Shown here: positions 18,524 to 27,588 of the stretch, one piece after another | Layout of the letters: each line of letters begins with the position of its first letter | Numbering within the stretch: position 1 is the stretch's first letter | Assembly: GCA_047651235.1 (NCBI GenBank) | Contig: CP178758.1 | Coordinates: forward strand, 600,001-632,000 | Reading direction: 5' to 3' | Length of the DNA stretch: 32,000 nt | Source of the DNA: Candidatus Electrothrix yaqonensis | GTDB lineage: Bacteria > Desulfobacterota > Desulfobulbia > Desulfobulbales > Desulfobulbaceae | Program-made: the position numbers and the translations under genes | The notes under the pieces: model-generated | Told to the model about the DNA's origin: nothing | Database searches by the model: none | What the model saw: only the letters and a program-made list of their open reading frames with translations

Positions 18524-18865
18524 ATGGTTAAAACAATAATATACATTATCATCGCAGCGGTAATCGGGGTGCCCTCCTGGCAGATCGGCACTATTCTGCT
18601 GCAGAAGAAGAAGCTGACCTATACGATCCAGGAACAGGCCAATAAAATTAAAAAGTACGATAATGCAGAACTCGTTAAAGATCATTTAAAGAAAGAGTTG
18701 GAACTCATGGATCTGCCGACAGAGTTTTCTTTTGAAATGCTTGAACGGAGAAAAGTCAAAATAGGCTACAAATATTACGGAGCCGCTACGCTCTTCGGCT
18801 ATACCTATTATGAAACAACAGCCGATATTGAGGCAGTAACAGAAGACGGTAAGTTCGATAGGTAA
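18524..18865 (+). CDS. Hypothetical small membrane-anchored protein
   Basis: GGAGGA lies 4 nt upstream of ATG 18524 (the track start 18512 is in frame). One N-terminal TM helix (TIIYIIIAAVIGVPSWQIGTILL). More AT-rich than its neighbours. No family recognised. Confidence 0.5.
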   Translation: MVKTIIYIIIAAVIGVPSWQIGTILLQKKKLTYTIQEQANKIKKYDNAELVKDHLKKELELMDLPTEFSFEMLERRKVKIGYKYYGAATLFGYTYYETTADIEAVTEDGKFDR

Positions 18866-18878
18866 CCTCTGATAAACG

Positions 18879-18938
18879 GGCCGGGACAGAAAAAAGCAAG
18901 CAATCTGTCGTCCCGGCTTTCTGTTCTGCCCTTTTTTC
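18879..18938 (+). terminator. Possible intrinsic terminator after the small ORF
   Basis: GCCGGGAC...GTCCCGGC stem with a long loop, followed by TTTCTGTTCTGCCCTTTTTT. Confidence 0.45.
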
Positions 18939-19039
18939 GACAAGTCACACTGCCGATCCTTCCTTTTTACAGCGTTTTCACCTCTCTTTATGACGCGGGA
19001 TTTGTCTTTGCATGACGCAATGTTCTTCGGTAAATTACC

Positions 19040-20533
19040 ATGCCCGTCCGTATTCTGAAAATTCTCACTGTCTGCTGCTGGCTGGCTCTCCTGTTTCTGC
19101 TTGTGCAGCAGGACTTTCTTGTGCCCACCCTGCAGGATGAGGAGCGTGCCGCATTAATCCGGGCAAAATATGAGCAGTATTACGGGGTTCATCTGTACGA
19201 CAGGCGGATCGGCTATGTGCTGGAGGACTTCCGCCCCCGTGAGGACGGCGGCTACCGCGTCCGACAGAAATCTTCGCTTCGCCTCAAGGTGCTGAACAGC
19301 GTTCAGCCGGTCAGTATGGAACTGAATGCCCAATTGGACAGCAGCCTGCGCCTGCAGATCTTTGCCTTTACCTTTTCCTCTCCCTTTTACAGCACCACAG
19401 CCGAAGGCAGAGTACAGGGCAATACGGTCCATTTTACCCTGCAGACCAGTGGAACAACAATCAGCGACGCCGTCACCCTGCAGACCCCACCTCTGCTGCC
19501 GCTGCATCAGCGGGGTTACCTGCTGAACAAACTTCCCGAAAAGGGAGACAAATTAAAGATACCGTTTTTCGACCCGCTCACACTTGCAGATCAGGAATCT
19601 GTTATTACTTATAAAGGGAAAAACAAACGGCTTATCAGCGGCCGGGTCCATAAGCTGCATCATTTTATGCAGTCCTATGCAGGGATGCAGATCAATTTCT
19701 GGCTGGACGATGAAGGAAAGGTGATCAAAGAGAAATCACCGACTGGATTTGTCTTCCTGGCAGAACCTAAATTCAAGGCAATGAATATCAGGGATGGCGG
19801 TGAGGAGCTGCTGTCCGCTGTTGCAGTCCAGTATTCCGGTGAGCTTCTGCCGGAAAAGACCGAGGTTGCGCGGTATCACCTGCAGTTCCCTGAAGAAGCC
19901 GAGGTGAACTTGGAAGGAGGGCGGCAGCAGGTTGTTGATGGGGGTGGTAACGGCAGCACGGTTCTTCTTGCTCAGGAGACATTTCCGCCTCTGTCTGAAT
20001 CTGATCCCCCTGATGACAGCGGCATAAAGGGAGAAAACAGTTGCGCAGCAGATGAGACGGCCCTGCGGCCGAGCCGCTATGTGCAGGCCGACGATCCATA
20101 TATCGTGGAAAAGGCAAAGGAAATTGTCGGTGCGACTGCAGACCCTGCTAACCAAGCGGCCCTGCTTGCCAAATGGGTCTATCAGAATATAGAAAAACGA
20201 CCGGTTATCGGTCTGCCTGATGCCCGAAGCACCCTGGAAAGCGGCCGGGGAGATTGCAATGAACACGCAGCCCTGTTTGCAGCCCTTGCCCGCAGTCTGC
20301 AGATACCGACCGTCATTGCGGCAGGAGTCACTCTGCAGAACAATGCCTTTTACTACCATGCCTGGAATGAAATCTGTATAAACGGACAGTGGATCAGCTT
20401 GGATACAACCGTGAATCAGCTCCCGGCCGACCTGTATCACATCCGCTTCACCCATGGTGATTTGCGAGGACAGCTCTCCATCGGAGGGCTGATCGGCAAG
20501 CTGCAGATTGAGATTCTGCAGCCGGAGGAATAA
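19040..20533 (+). CDS. Transglutaminase-like cysteine protease domain protein (N-terminal membrane anchor)
   Basis: C-terminal GRGDCNEHAALFAALARSLQIP...YYHAWNEI...WISLD shows the Cys-His-Asp transglutaminase core. N-terminal hydrophobic segment ILTVCCWLALLFLLV. Confidence 0.85.
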   Translation: MPVRILKILTVCCWLALLFLLVQQDFLVPTLQDEERAALIRAKYEQYYGVHLYDRRIGYVLEDFRPREDGGYRVRQKSSLRLKVLNSVQPVSMELNAQLDSSLRLQIFAFTFSSPFYSTTAEGRVQGNTVHFTLQTSGTTISDAVTLQTPPLLPLHQRGYLLNKLPEKGDKLKIPFFDPLTLADQESVITYKGKNKRLISGRVHKLHHFMQSYAGMQINFWLDDEGKVIKEKSPTGFVFLAEPKFKAMNIRDGGEELLSAVAVQYSGELLPEKTEVARYHLQFPEEAEVNLEGGRQQVVDGGGNGSTVLLAQETFPPLSESDPPDDSGIKGENSCAADETALRPSRYVQADDPYIVEKAKEIVGATADPANQAALLAKWVYQNIEKRPVIGLPDARSTLESGRGDCNEHAALFAALARSLQIPTVIAAGVTLQNNAFYYHAWNEICINGQWISLDTTVNQLPADLYHIRFTHGDLRGQLSIGGLIGKLQIEILQPEE

Positions 20534-20599
20534 GGAAAGAGGAAAGGATTCTTTATTTACTCTATAGACTAAGTTGTTGTAATGTTTAAACATTAACCG

Positions 20600-20701
20600 G
20601 CTATCCGGCCGCACCAGCTCTGCTTCCATGCAGCTGTAAGTTTTTTGCGTGCCGATCAGAAAATTGATGTAATCGTATTCTGTTGCCTTGGGTTTATTCA
20701 T
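20600..20701 (-). pseudogene. Possible N-terminal remnant of a transposase gene
   Basis: MNKPKATEYDYINFLIGTQKTYSCMEAELVRPD resembles, from memory, the conserved N-termini of some DDE transposases (..DY..FLIA.....SC.EAA.V.P). It sits in a 250-bp gap between convergent genes with no downstream continuation. Confidence 0.3.
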
Positions 20702-20782
20702 ACTGCCTCTGTATAAGAAGCTGTTTGAAAAACATGCTTCTAAAGCCGACAAGTCAATAAGCAGTGGGAACACTATAGAAAC

Positions 20783-21610
20783 TTACTCCGCAAAAAACGC
20801 CGGATAATAATGGGCAATCCCTTCCAGAATCCCGGCGCTGTAGCAGCCGTTCATCCCCTGCCGGCCGCCGCAGGCAAGGTAGAGCTTTGCCGCGTTCCCG
20901 GCTGCAGCAGCCATTGCCTCGGCTTTTTCCGCCACCTCCGGTCGGGCATTGGCCACCAGCACTGCCGGAATTTCACTGGCCAGCACCTCCAGGTCATTGC
21001 CGCTGTCCCCGGAAAACTGCATTTCATCCAGACTGTACCCCATCTGCTGCCGGAGAAACTGGAGGGCCTGGTATTTATCCGCGCTGGCTGGCAGAATGTC
21101 CAGCAACTCCTGATCTGCCACTTCATCGTGGCTCCAGATGAGTGAAGCCCGGATATCCTGCTCTGCAAAAATAGAGGTGATGGAGCGGGAAAGCTCCTCT
21201 TTATCCGCCCCTGCGTCTACATAATAGCTGAGTTTGAACCGGGTCATCCGATCTTCCTCCTGAATATGCAGACCTGGGAGACCGCGCAGCAGATCAGCCA
21301 GGCTGCTGCTGTCCGTCCGGTGCCAGTCCCTGCCGAGCAGTGTATCCCAACCCGCATCCCGGCGCCAGATCCCCTGGCTCCAGGAACAGATCGTCGTACC
21401 TACATCAGCAATGAGTATATCAGGAATCGGCACCCGGTATTCCGCAATGGCCTCTTCAGTCAGGCGGACACTGCGCCCGGTCACATAAACGATGCGGACA
21501 CGTGGATCTTCCGCCAGGGCGGCAAAGGCCGGTCGTGCTCCGGGTGATTCCTCTTGCGGACCGTTGGGCAGGAGGGTGCGGTCCAGATCCGTACAGACAA
21601 GCAGTTTCAT
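20783..21610 (-). CDS. spp: HAD-IIB hydrolase, probable sucrose-6-phosphate phosphatase
   Basis: N-terminal DLDRTLL (DxDxT) motif and ..YVTGRS. ATGA start/stop overlap with the upstream sucrose-phosphate synthase gene. Confidence 0.75.
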   Translation of the reverse strand: MKLLVCTDLDRTLLPNGPQEESPGARPAFAALAEDPRVRIVYVTGRSVRLTEEAIAEYRVPIPDILIADVGTTICSWSQGIWRRDAGWDTLLGRDWHRTDSSSLADLLRGLPGLHIQEEDRMTRFKLSYYVDAGADKEELSRSITSIFAEQDIRASLIWSHDEVADQELLDILPASADKYQALQFLRQQMGYSLDEMQFSGDSGNDLEVLASEIPAVLVANARPEVAEKAEAMAAAAGNAAKLYLACGGRQGMNGCYSAGILEGIAHYYPAFFAE

Positions 21611-23850
21611 GCCGTCTCCTTCGGCAGATCTTTTTCTTCCTCAGCAAGAAAATTATAGTGGGCAATCCCCTCAAGAATACCGTGCGCATAGGATTTTTTC
21701 GCAAAAAAGACGCCTTCCGGTTCGTCAATATCCGACAGCTCCTCGTGATGGCGGTTACCGACCACCACAGCCCGGGTGTTGCCGCGCATCATGTCCTCGT
21801 CCGCCCCGGACCCGCCTGCAACCAGGATATTTTCCAGGGGAATTTCCAGGCGATGGGAAATATAGCGCAGAGCAAGCCCCTTGGAGGCCCGCACCGGCAC
21901 AATGTCCAGATACTGGCCGAAAGCCAGACTCAGGTTGACGGTCTGGTCGTGCTGGCGCAGATAGACATTCAGCTCGTCAACGGAAGGTGCTTTTTCCTCA
22001 TCATAAAAATAGGACACCTTGAATCTCGCCTGACTGTCTCTCGGCTGGAGGCGGAGCCCGGGAGTGTCGGCCAGGAGCCGTTTCAGAGTCGCAGGCATCC
22101 AGAGATAATCCAGATGGTGCTGCCAGGTTTCATCCGGGGTCAGATTACGGCCGTAGAAAATAGCAGTGCCCAGACTGGTGATCAGCACATCCGGCCGGGG
22201 AATGTTCTTTTTGACCATGGCCGCCAGCGCGGAATCCAAGGGGCGGCCCGTGGCAATCCCGAAGAGCAGCTTTTTCCGGTTACTGCGGAGCAGCTCGATC
22301 AGTTCTTTCCGGCCTGCGGAGCTGCCGATCAGATTCTGATCCAGATCGGAAAAAACAGCCTTGGTTGCCGGTCTGATTTTCTTCTGATACGGCTCACGCT
22401 GCTCCAGTATGGCCTTGTTGGTCCCGATCAGGGATGTGATTCGATACAGGTATTTTTTCACATGGGCCTGCCAGGAATAATGCTTCCGCACCCCTTCCAG
22501 TCCGTTGCGCTGCAGAGCTTTCCAGAAGGAGGGATCGCTCAGGATATCCACCAGCCGCCAGCGCAGCTGGTCTTCGTCAAGAGGATCGAACAGCAGGCCG
22601 TTCTTACAGTTTTCAATGATATCCACCGGGCCGCCGTTTTCCGTGGCCAGCAGCGGGCAGCCGGTAGCTGCCGCCTCCAGCAGGGTCAGGCCGAAGGGTT
22701 CGGTCAGCGCGGGATTGACAAATACCCCTCCGGACGCAGCACACATCCGGTAGATCTCCGCCACTTCCTCGGCCCTGTGATGTTTCGGCAGAGCCACTTT
22801 ACCGTACAGGTCATAGAGATCGATAAGCAGCAGCAACTCCTGCAGAACCTGCTGTGAGCTCTCATCCATATCCCGGATGTCATCCCGGTTTCCGGCAACG
22901 ATCACCAGATTCGCCATTTTGCGCAGCCTGGAAGACTGACCGTAGGCATGAACCAGCGTCTTGATATTCTTCCGGTGGTCAGGCCGTGACAGGGCAAGAA
23001 TGATCGGCTTTTTCCCCTTGCGCAGAAAGGGCCGGAGCGCCTTCAGAAAAGGGGACTTGCTCCCCGTTTTAGGCGGGTAAAACTGATTGAGATCCGCACC
23101 GGGCGGGATAACCACCATCTTATCCGGATGATAAAAATCATACAGCTCATACTGATCCTCGATCTCATTCCAGGTACTGGTGACCACCAGTTCCGCCGTG
23201 GCCAGGATCTCTTCCTCCGCTTCAATGCGGCGGGAGATATTGTACCGGGATTCGATCTCCTCCTTCTGCATCCCTGCTGCCAGCAGGCGAAGTTTTTTAT
23301 CCCGTCCCAGTGAATGACCGGTGTGAACCAAAGGAATGCCGGTGAGGTTGGACAAACGAACCCCGACAAACCCGGCATCGGCATAATGGGAATGCAGGAT
23401 ATCCGGAAACCGGTTCTGTTCCTGGAACATGGCCAGCAGGTTGTCGGCAAAGACGTCCAGGTACTCCCATAATTCCTCTTTGCGGAGGTAACCTTCAGCG
23501 CCGGTGTCGAGACGGACAATCTGCGCGCATTTGTTGAGCTTTTCAACGGCCTGCGCATAGTCCCCGCTCACCGCATCATCCACAACCCGCTGGGTGATCA
23601 GGTCAACCCGGTCCACATCTTTATGCTTCCCCAGGGCATAGGCCAGATCCCGGACATAGCGGGTCTGACCGCCGGTATCCGGGTCACGGCCCAGTTCCAG
23701 ATCATTGCCCCGGATCAGCCCGTGAATACTGATCAGCGCGAGATAGAGTCCTTTATCTTTTTTCTGCGGCATAATATAATCAATCTCTGTCTGAAATTCG
23801 CGGAGATATCTGACGGTTCTTTCATCCATCAGCCTGCTGTCCTGCGTCAA
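21607..23850 (-). CDS. sps: Sucrose-phosphate synthase (GT-B glycosyltransferase + C-terminal SPP-like domain)
   Basis: LALISIHGLIRGNDLELGRDPDTGGQTRYVRDLAYAL is the characteristic SPS N-terminus. The C-terminal ~250 aa are HAD-like (FSDLDQNLIG). The track start 23850 is TTG; ATG 23829 or ATG 23772 are alternatives. Confidence 0.9.
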   Translation of the reverse strand: MTQDSRLMDERTVRYLREFQTEIDYIMPQKKDKGLYLALISIHGLIRGNDLELGRDPDTGGQTRYVRDLAYALGKHKDVDRVDLITQRVVDDAVSGDYAQAVEKLNKCAQIVRLDTGAEGYLRKEELWEYLDVFADNLLAMFQEQNRFPDILHSHYADAGFVGVRLSNLTGIPLVHTGHSLGRDKKLRLLAAGMQKEEIESRYNISRRIEAEEEILATAELVVTSTWNEIEDQYELYDFYHPDKMVVIPPGADLNQFYPPKTGSKSPFLKALRPFLRKGKKPIILALSRPDHRKNIKTLVHAYGQSSRLRKMANLVIVAGNRDDIRDMDESSQQVLQELLLLIDLYDLYGKVALPKHHRAEEVAEIYRMCAASGGVFVNPALTEPFGLTLLEAAATGCPLLATENGGPVDIIENCKNGLLFDPLDEDQLRWRLVDILSDPSFWKALQRNGLEGVRKHYSWQAHVKKYLYRITSLIGTNKAILEQREPYQKKIRPATKAVFSDLDQNLIGSSAGRKELIELLRSNRKKLLFGIATGRPLDSALAAMVKKNIPRPDVLITSLGTAIFYGRNLTPDETWQHHLDYLWMPATLKRLLADTPGLRLQPRDSQARFKVSYFYDEEKAPSVDELNVYLRQHDQTVNLSLAFGQYLDIVPVRASKGLALRYISHRLEIPLENILVAGGSGADEDMMRGNTRAVVVGNRHHEELSDIDEPEGVFFAKKSYAHGILEGIAHYNFLAEEEKDLPKETA

Positions 23851-23906
23851 TGCTCCGGCGCCGGACTGGAAGGAGACTGGAAGGTAGAACCGAAATACAG
23901 CCTTCC

Positions 23907-23935
23907 ACTATACGGTGTTTCGCGGAATGGTGCAA
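23907..23935 (-). promoter_or_regulatory. Candidate sigma70-type promoter of sps-spp
   Basis: The minus strand reads TTGCAC-N17-TATAGT, about 60-80 nt upstream of the candidate starts and 21 bp inside the IS boundary. Confidence 0.35.
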
Positions 23936-23958
23936 AGGAATGATTTCGGGAGGCAGGT

Positions 23959-25318
23959 GGGTGCGATTACAAGTGCGGTTTTATCAATTACGGGATGCAT
24001 GAGAGCGTATTTTTCTGTTACTTTGATTTCTTTGAGAAAGAAACAGCAAGTAATCAGGATGCTGTGTTGTCCGTTCGTATAATATTATCCCGGAGAAGAT
24101 ATTTATGTCCTCACTGTCACAGGAAGATAAGGAATTGCTCAATCAATTGAACCGTCAGCCAAATCTGAAAACGCGTATTCAAGCTATTCTTTCTATAGCC
24201 GGTGATGACGGAGACGGGATTGTAAAAGCTGATGAGGCCGAAAGTCGGGTCATTGAGGAAGTTCGCCGGATGGGTAATGAGGTGCTCAGCGGATGGGCGG
24301 AGAGTCGAATTGGAAAATCCGGGGCAGCTCTTCCGACGGACGGTAATTGTACCCGTAGCGGTAAAAAAAACACATTGGCATCCGCCGTTTCTGTCAAATC
24401 ACCAAGTTTTGCAGGAGGTCTATTATGGGATAACATTACCGGTAAGTACTGTCCGAAATATCACGGAGACTCACGCCCGACACATACATGAAAGACGTCG
24501 ACAGGAGAGAATTGAAGAATATCCGTCTATAAAGGGACGGGACTTCGTTATTGCCGAGACGGACGGCAGCATGGTTCCGATTGTCCTGACGGATACAGAT
24601 GCCAGGGACCGGCGCAAAGGTAAAAAGCACAGCTGGAAAGAAGCACGCCTGAGTATAGCTCATGTTCTCGGTGAAAGGACGCTTAAATTCGGCGTTGAAT
24701 TTCAGGAAAACGTTGACGAGTCGGGAAAGGTTCTCTTTGATTGCGCCTGCCGTGCGGGATTCGGTCGGGGTACATATCTGCACTCAGTGGGTGACGGAGC
24801 AACGTGGATTTCCGGGCAGGTGAAAAAACAGTTCGGTTCACAGGGGCGTTACCTTGTCGATTTTTATCATGTTTGTGAATACCTGGAGGCTGCTGCACCG
24901 GCATGTTCCGGGAAAGACGGAAAAGGATCATGGGGTAAGCAGCAGAAAGAGCGCCTGAAAAAGGGACAGGAAAAAAAACTGATCGAAGCATTGAAGCCTC
25001 ATCTTGAGCCGGAAAAGACAGAAGATCAAAATGCACCTGTCCGCTGCTGCCTGCGTTACCTGAGCAACCGTCCGGGGCAGTTCGACTATCCCGATGCTCA
25101 ACAGCTTGGTTTACCTATCGGTTCTGGAGAAATAGAAAGTGCGCACCGGTATGTCATCCAGGAACGTCTGAAAATAGCCGGCGCATGGTGGACACCGGAA
25201 AATGCCCGAATCATGCTTTCCCTGAGAGTTGACCGTGCGGACGGATACTGGGATAAATATTGGGAGAATATAAGCTGGGCAGCGTAAGGTGTCAGAAACC
25301 GCACTTTTAATCGCACCC
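23959..25318 (+). mobile_element. ISKra4-like insertion sequence (~1.36 kb)
   Basis: Terminal inverted repeats GGGTGCGATTACAAGTGCGGTTT (23959-) and AAACCGCACTTTTAATCGCACCC (-25318) match at 22/23. GAGGCAG occurs on both flanks (23950-23956 and 25319-25325). Confidence 0.75.
24105..25287 (+). pseudogene. ISKra4-family transposase, split by a frameshift at an A8 run (24363-24370)
   Basis: Two overlapping ORFs (24105..24491 and 24232..25287). The downstream part has SVGDGATWI, DFYHVCEYL and IGSGEIESAHRYVIQERLK..GAWW...A...L.LR, as I recall for ISKra4-type DDE transposases. Removing one A restores a single ~395-aa frame. Confidence 0.8.
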
Positions 25319-25450
25319 GAGGCAGAGGGCACCCCTTGACAATAGCAGGCTGCAACCAGCCTGCGGCGAACGCGGGAAAATGCAAAAAAAAACAATTCTG
25401 CAAGGCAGGCAGCAGATTATTTTAACGCCTCCTGCCTGAAAAACGTCGCA

Positions 25451-26665
25451 TCAGGATTCCGTGCCCACCTCCTCCAGCACATTTGTTAACCCGGCAATCA
25501 GCATGTCGATATCCTCTCTGCTCACGGTCAGAGGCGGAATAAAACGCAGTACCCGCATTCCGGCAAAGTTGATCAGGAAGCCGCATTGAAACAGCCGCTG
25601 CACAACCTCTGCACCGTGCTCGATCCCTTTTTCCGTCAGAACCAGAGCAAGGAGCATCCCCCTGCCGCGTACACCGGAACAGAGCTGCGGGAACTGCTGC
25701 GCCACTTTTTCCAGCTGCTGAACAAAATATGCGCTTCGTTCTGCCAGATCATCAAAAAAACCGTCCGCCAGCATGGTTTTCATCACTGCAACTCCGGCTG
25801 CTGCTGCGACCGGATTGCCGCCAAAGGTGGAGGCATGGGTTCCTGCTGTAAATGCGGCTGCGATTTCCGCTCTGGTGAGCATAGCACCGATAGGCAGACC
25901 ATTGCCCAGAGCCTTGGCCAGAGTCATGATATCCGGCGTCACGCCGAGCTGTTCATAGGCGAACAGCGTGCCGGTGCGCCCCATTCCGGTCTGCACTTCA
26001 TCAAAAATCAGCAGCAGATCATGCTGATCGCATATTCCGCGTATTGCCTGCAGATATTCAGGCTCCAGAGGCCGGACGCCGCTCTCGCCCTGCAGCGGTT
26101 CGCAGAGGATAGCGCAGGTCGCCGGATTAATCAGCTGCTCCAGCTCCTTCGGATCGCCGAACCCGGCATGAACGAAACCTGCCGGCATGGGTTCAAAACC
26201 CTGCTGAAACTTCGGCTGCCCGGTGGCCGCCACTGTGGCCAGTGTCCGGCCGTGAAAGGAACCGGACAGGGAGATGACCTCATACCGGCCCTCACCGCTG
26301 TGAATCCGGGCCAGCTTGATTGCCGCCTCATTGGCCTCGGCCCCTGAGTTGGCCATGAAGACCCGGTCAGCAAAGCTGTTGGCTGTAAGCAGTTCAGCCA
26401 GCTCGGTCTGCGGCTCGGTGTAAAAGAGGTTGGAGACATGCATCAGCTTGTTCGCCTGGGCACAGACTGCTTCTGTCACGGCAGGGTGGCAATGTCCCAG
26501 GGAACAGACTGCAATCCCGGCCAGAAAATCCAGATACTCCCTGCCGTTTGCATCCCAGAGCCTGCATCCTTCTCCCCGTACCATAGCAGCCGGAAAACGG
26601 CTGTAGGTTCCTGCAAACACGGCGTCACCTCGTGTTATCCATTTTGAATTCTTCATAACATACAA
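25451..26665 (-). CDS. argD: Acetylornithine aminotransferase (class III PLP aminotransferase)
   Basis: GSFHGRTLATVAATGQ, LLIFDEVQTGMGRTG, MTLAKALGNGLPIGA and STFGGNP are ArgD-type motifs. ATG 26656 (MKNSK..) is an alternative start. Confidence 0.85.
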   Translation of the reverse strand: MYVMKNSKWITRGDAVFAGTYSRFPAAMVRGEGCRLWDANGREYLDFLAGIAVCSLGHCHPAVTEAVCAQANKLMHVSNLFYTEPQTELAELLTANSFADRVFMANSGAEANEAAIKLARIHSGEGRYEVISLSGSFHGRTLATVAATGQPKFQQGFEPMPAGFVHAGFGDPKELEQLINPATCAILCEPLQGESGVRPLEPEYLQAIRGICDQHDLLLIFDEVQTGMGRTGTLFAYEQLGVTPDIMTLAKALGNGLPIGAMLTRAEIAAAFTAGTHASTFGGNPVAAAAGVAVMKTMLADGFFDDLAERSAYFVQQLEKVAQQFPQLCSGVRGRGMLLALVLTEKGIEHGAEVVQRLFQCGFLINFAGMRVLRFIPPLTVSREDIDMLIAGLTNVLEEVGTES

Positions 26666-26865
26666 TCAGCTTGAAATGCCTTGATCCAGCAGGCCGAGAC
26701 GGTAAAAGTGAATAATTCTGCTCATCCTATCTGGAAAGAAAGAAAAAAGCAATCGTGGAATATCCGGCTTACCCTGTCTGTTAATTACCGTTAATTATCA
26801 TGCAACTAGCTGACCCTTCAGCTGCACTGCCAAGCCTCGACTCAAAATATCTCAACAGGTTTACC

Positions 26866-27588
26866 CTATAAGGTCAGGCTGCCTGTTGCCAGAAGTTGAT
26901 TGATTTCCCCCGCTGCCGACACCTGCCCTTTCTCCATAAACACCCCTTGATCTGCTGTCTGTTCTGCAAAGGGCAAATCATGGGTGACAATAATAAAGCT
27001 GGTGAACTCCTGCAGCTCCCGCAGCCATTGGGCAAAATCCGAGGTAGTGGCTGCATCTAAGGCACTGGTCGGCTCGTCCAAGAGCATGAACTTGGGCTTC
27101 AGAGCTAGGCCTCGGGCAATAGCCACTCGCTGGGCCTGACCTCCACTGACCTGGGCCGGATAATTTTCTGCCAACTCAGCAATATTGAGGCGGTCAAGGA
27201 TCTCCATCGCCTCAGCCTTGGCCTCGCTCTTGCTTCGCCCCTGGACCCTTTCCAAAGCCAGCATCATATTTTCCAGCACGTTCAGATGGGGGAAGAGATT
27301 CAGGTGCTGAAACACCACCCCGACCTGTTGCCGGAAATCGACTTCCTTCATATCCTGGATATCCTGTCCGTCCAGAAGGATTGTTCCCTGCTGAGGAAAC
27401 AGAAAGCGGGCAATACAGTTAAGCAAGGTGGTCTTGCCGGAACCGGACAGGCCCATGACCGCAAAAATTCCTTGTTCCGGGAAGGTCATGCTGACATTAT
27501 CAACTGCCTTGGTGCCGTCCGCATAGCTATAGGCTATATCTTTTACTTCAATCATGGGCAAATCCTTTGGCTTTGATGGATCGTTCAA
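26866..27588 (-). CDS. Amino-acid ABC transporter ATP-binding protein
   Basis: Walker A GLSGSGKTT, signature VSGGQAQRVAIARGLA, Walker B FMLLDEPTSALD. ATG 27555 (MIEVKD..) is a likely alternative start, giving an 8-nt overlap with the permease gene. Confidence 0.9.
   Translation of the reverse strand: MNDPSKPKDLPMIEVKDIAYSYADGTKAVDNVSMTFPEQGIFAVMGLSGSGKTTLLNCIARFLFPQQGTILLDGQDIQDMKEVDFRQQVGVVFQHLNLFPHLNVLENMMLALERVQGRSKSEAKAEAMEILDRLNIAELAENYPAQVSGGQAQRVAIARGLALKPKFMLLDEPTSALDAATTSDFAQWLRELQEFTSFIIVTHDLPFAEQTADQGVFMEKGQVSAAGEINQLLATGSLTL

Noticed and set aside
21502-22857. 451-aa ORF on the plus strand, plus similar long antisense ORFs at 17603-18325, 12639-13433, 25586-26347, 10697-11386, 8490-8993 and 19736-20600
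   Set aside because: All lie antisense to genes with strong family signatures (SPS, ClpA, RNase G, ArgD, M23, PAP2, transglutaminase). Their translations are low-complexity Arg/Gly/Pro/Gln-rich, as expected for the reverse frames of GC-rich genes.
25347-25366. Perfect hairpin GCAGGCTG-caac-CAGCCTGC between the IS and argD
   Set aside because: It lacks a T-run on either strand. The T9 run downstream of argD (minus strand, ~25386-25394) is not adjacent to it. There is not enough evidence to call a terminator or regulatory site.
26707-26722. ARG-box-like palindrome TGAATAATTCT upstream of argD, and the tandem GTTAATTA x2 at 26781-26798
   Set aside because: The palindrome is GAAT-A-ATTC with a 1-nt centre. 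It is not the TGAAT-N4-ATTCA ARG box, occurs as a single copy, and its position relative to any promoter is unknown.
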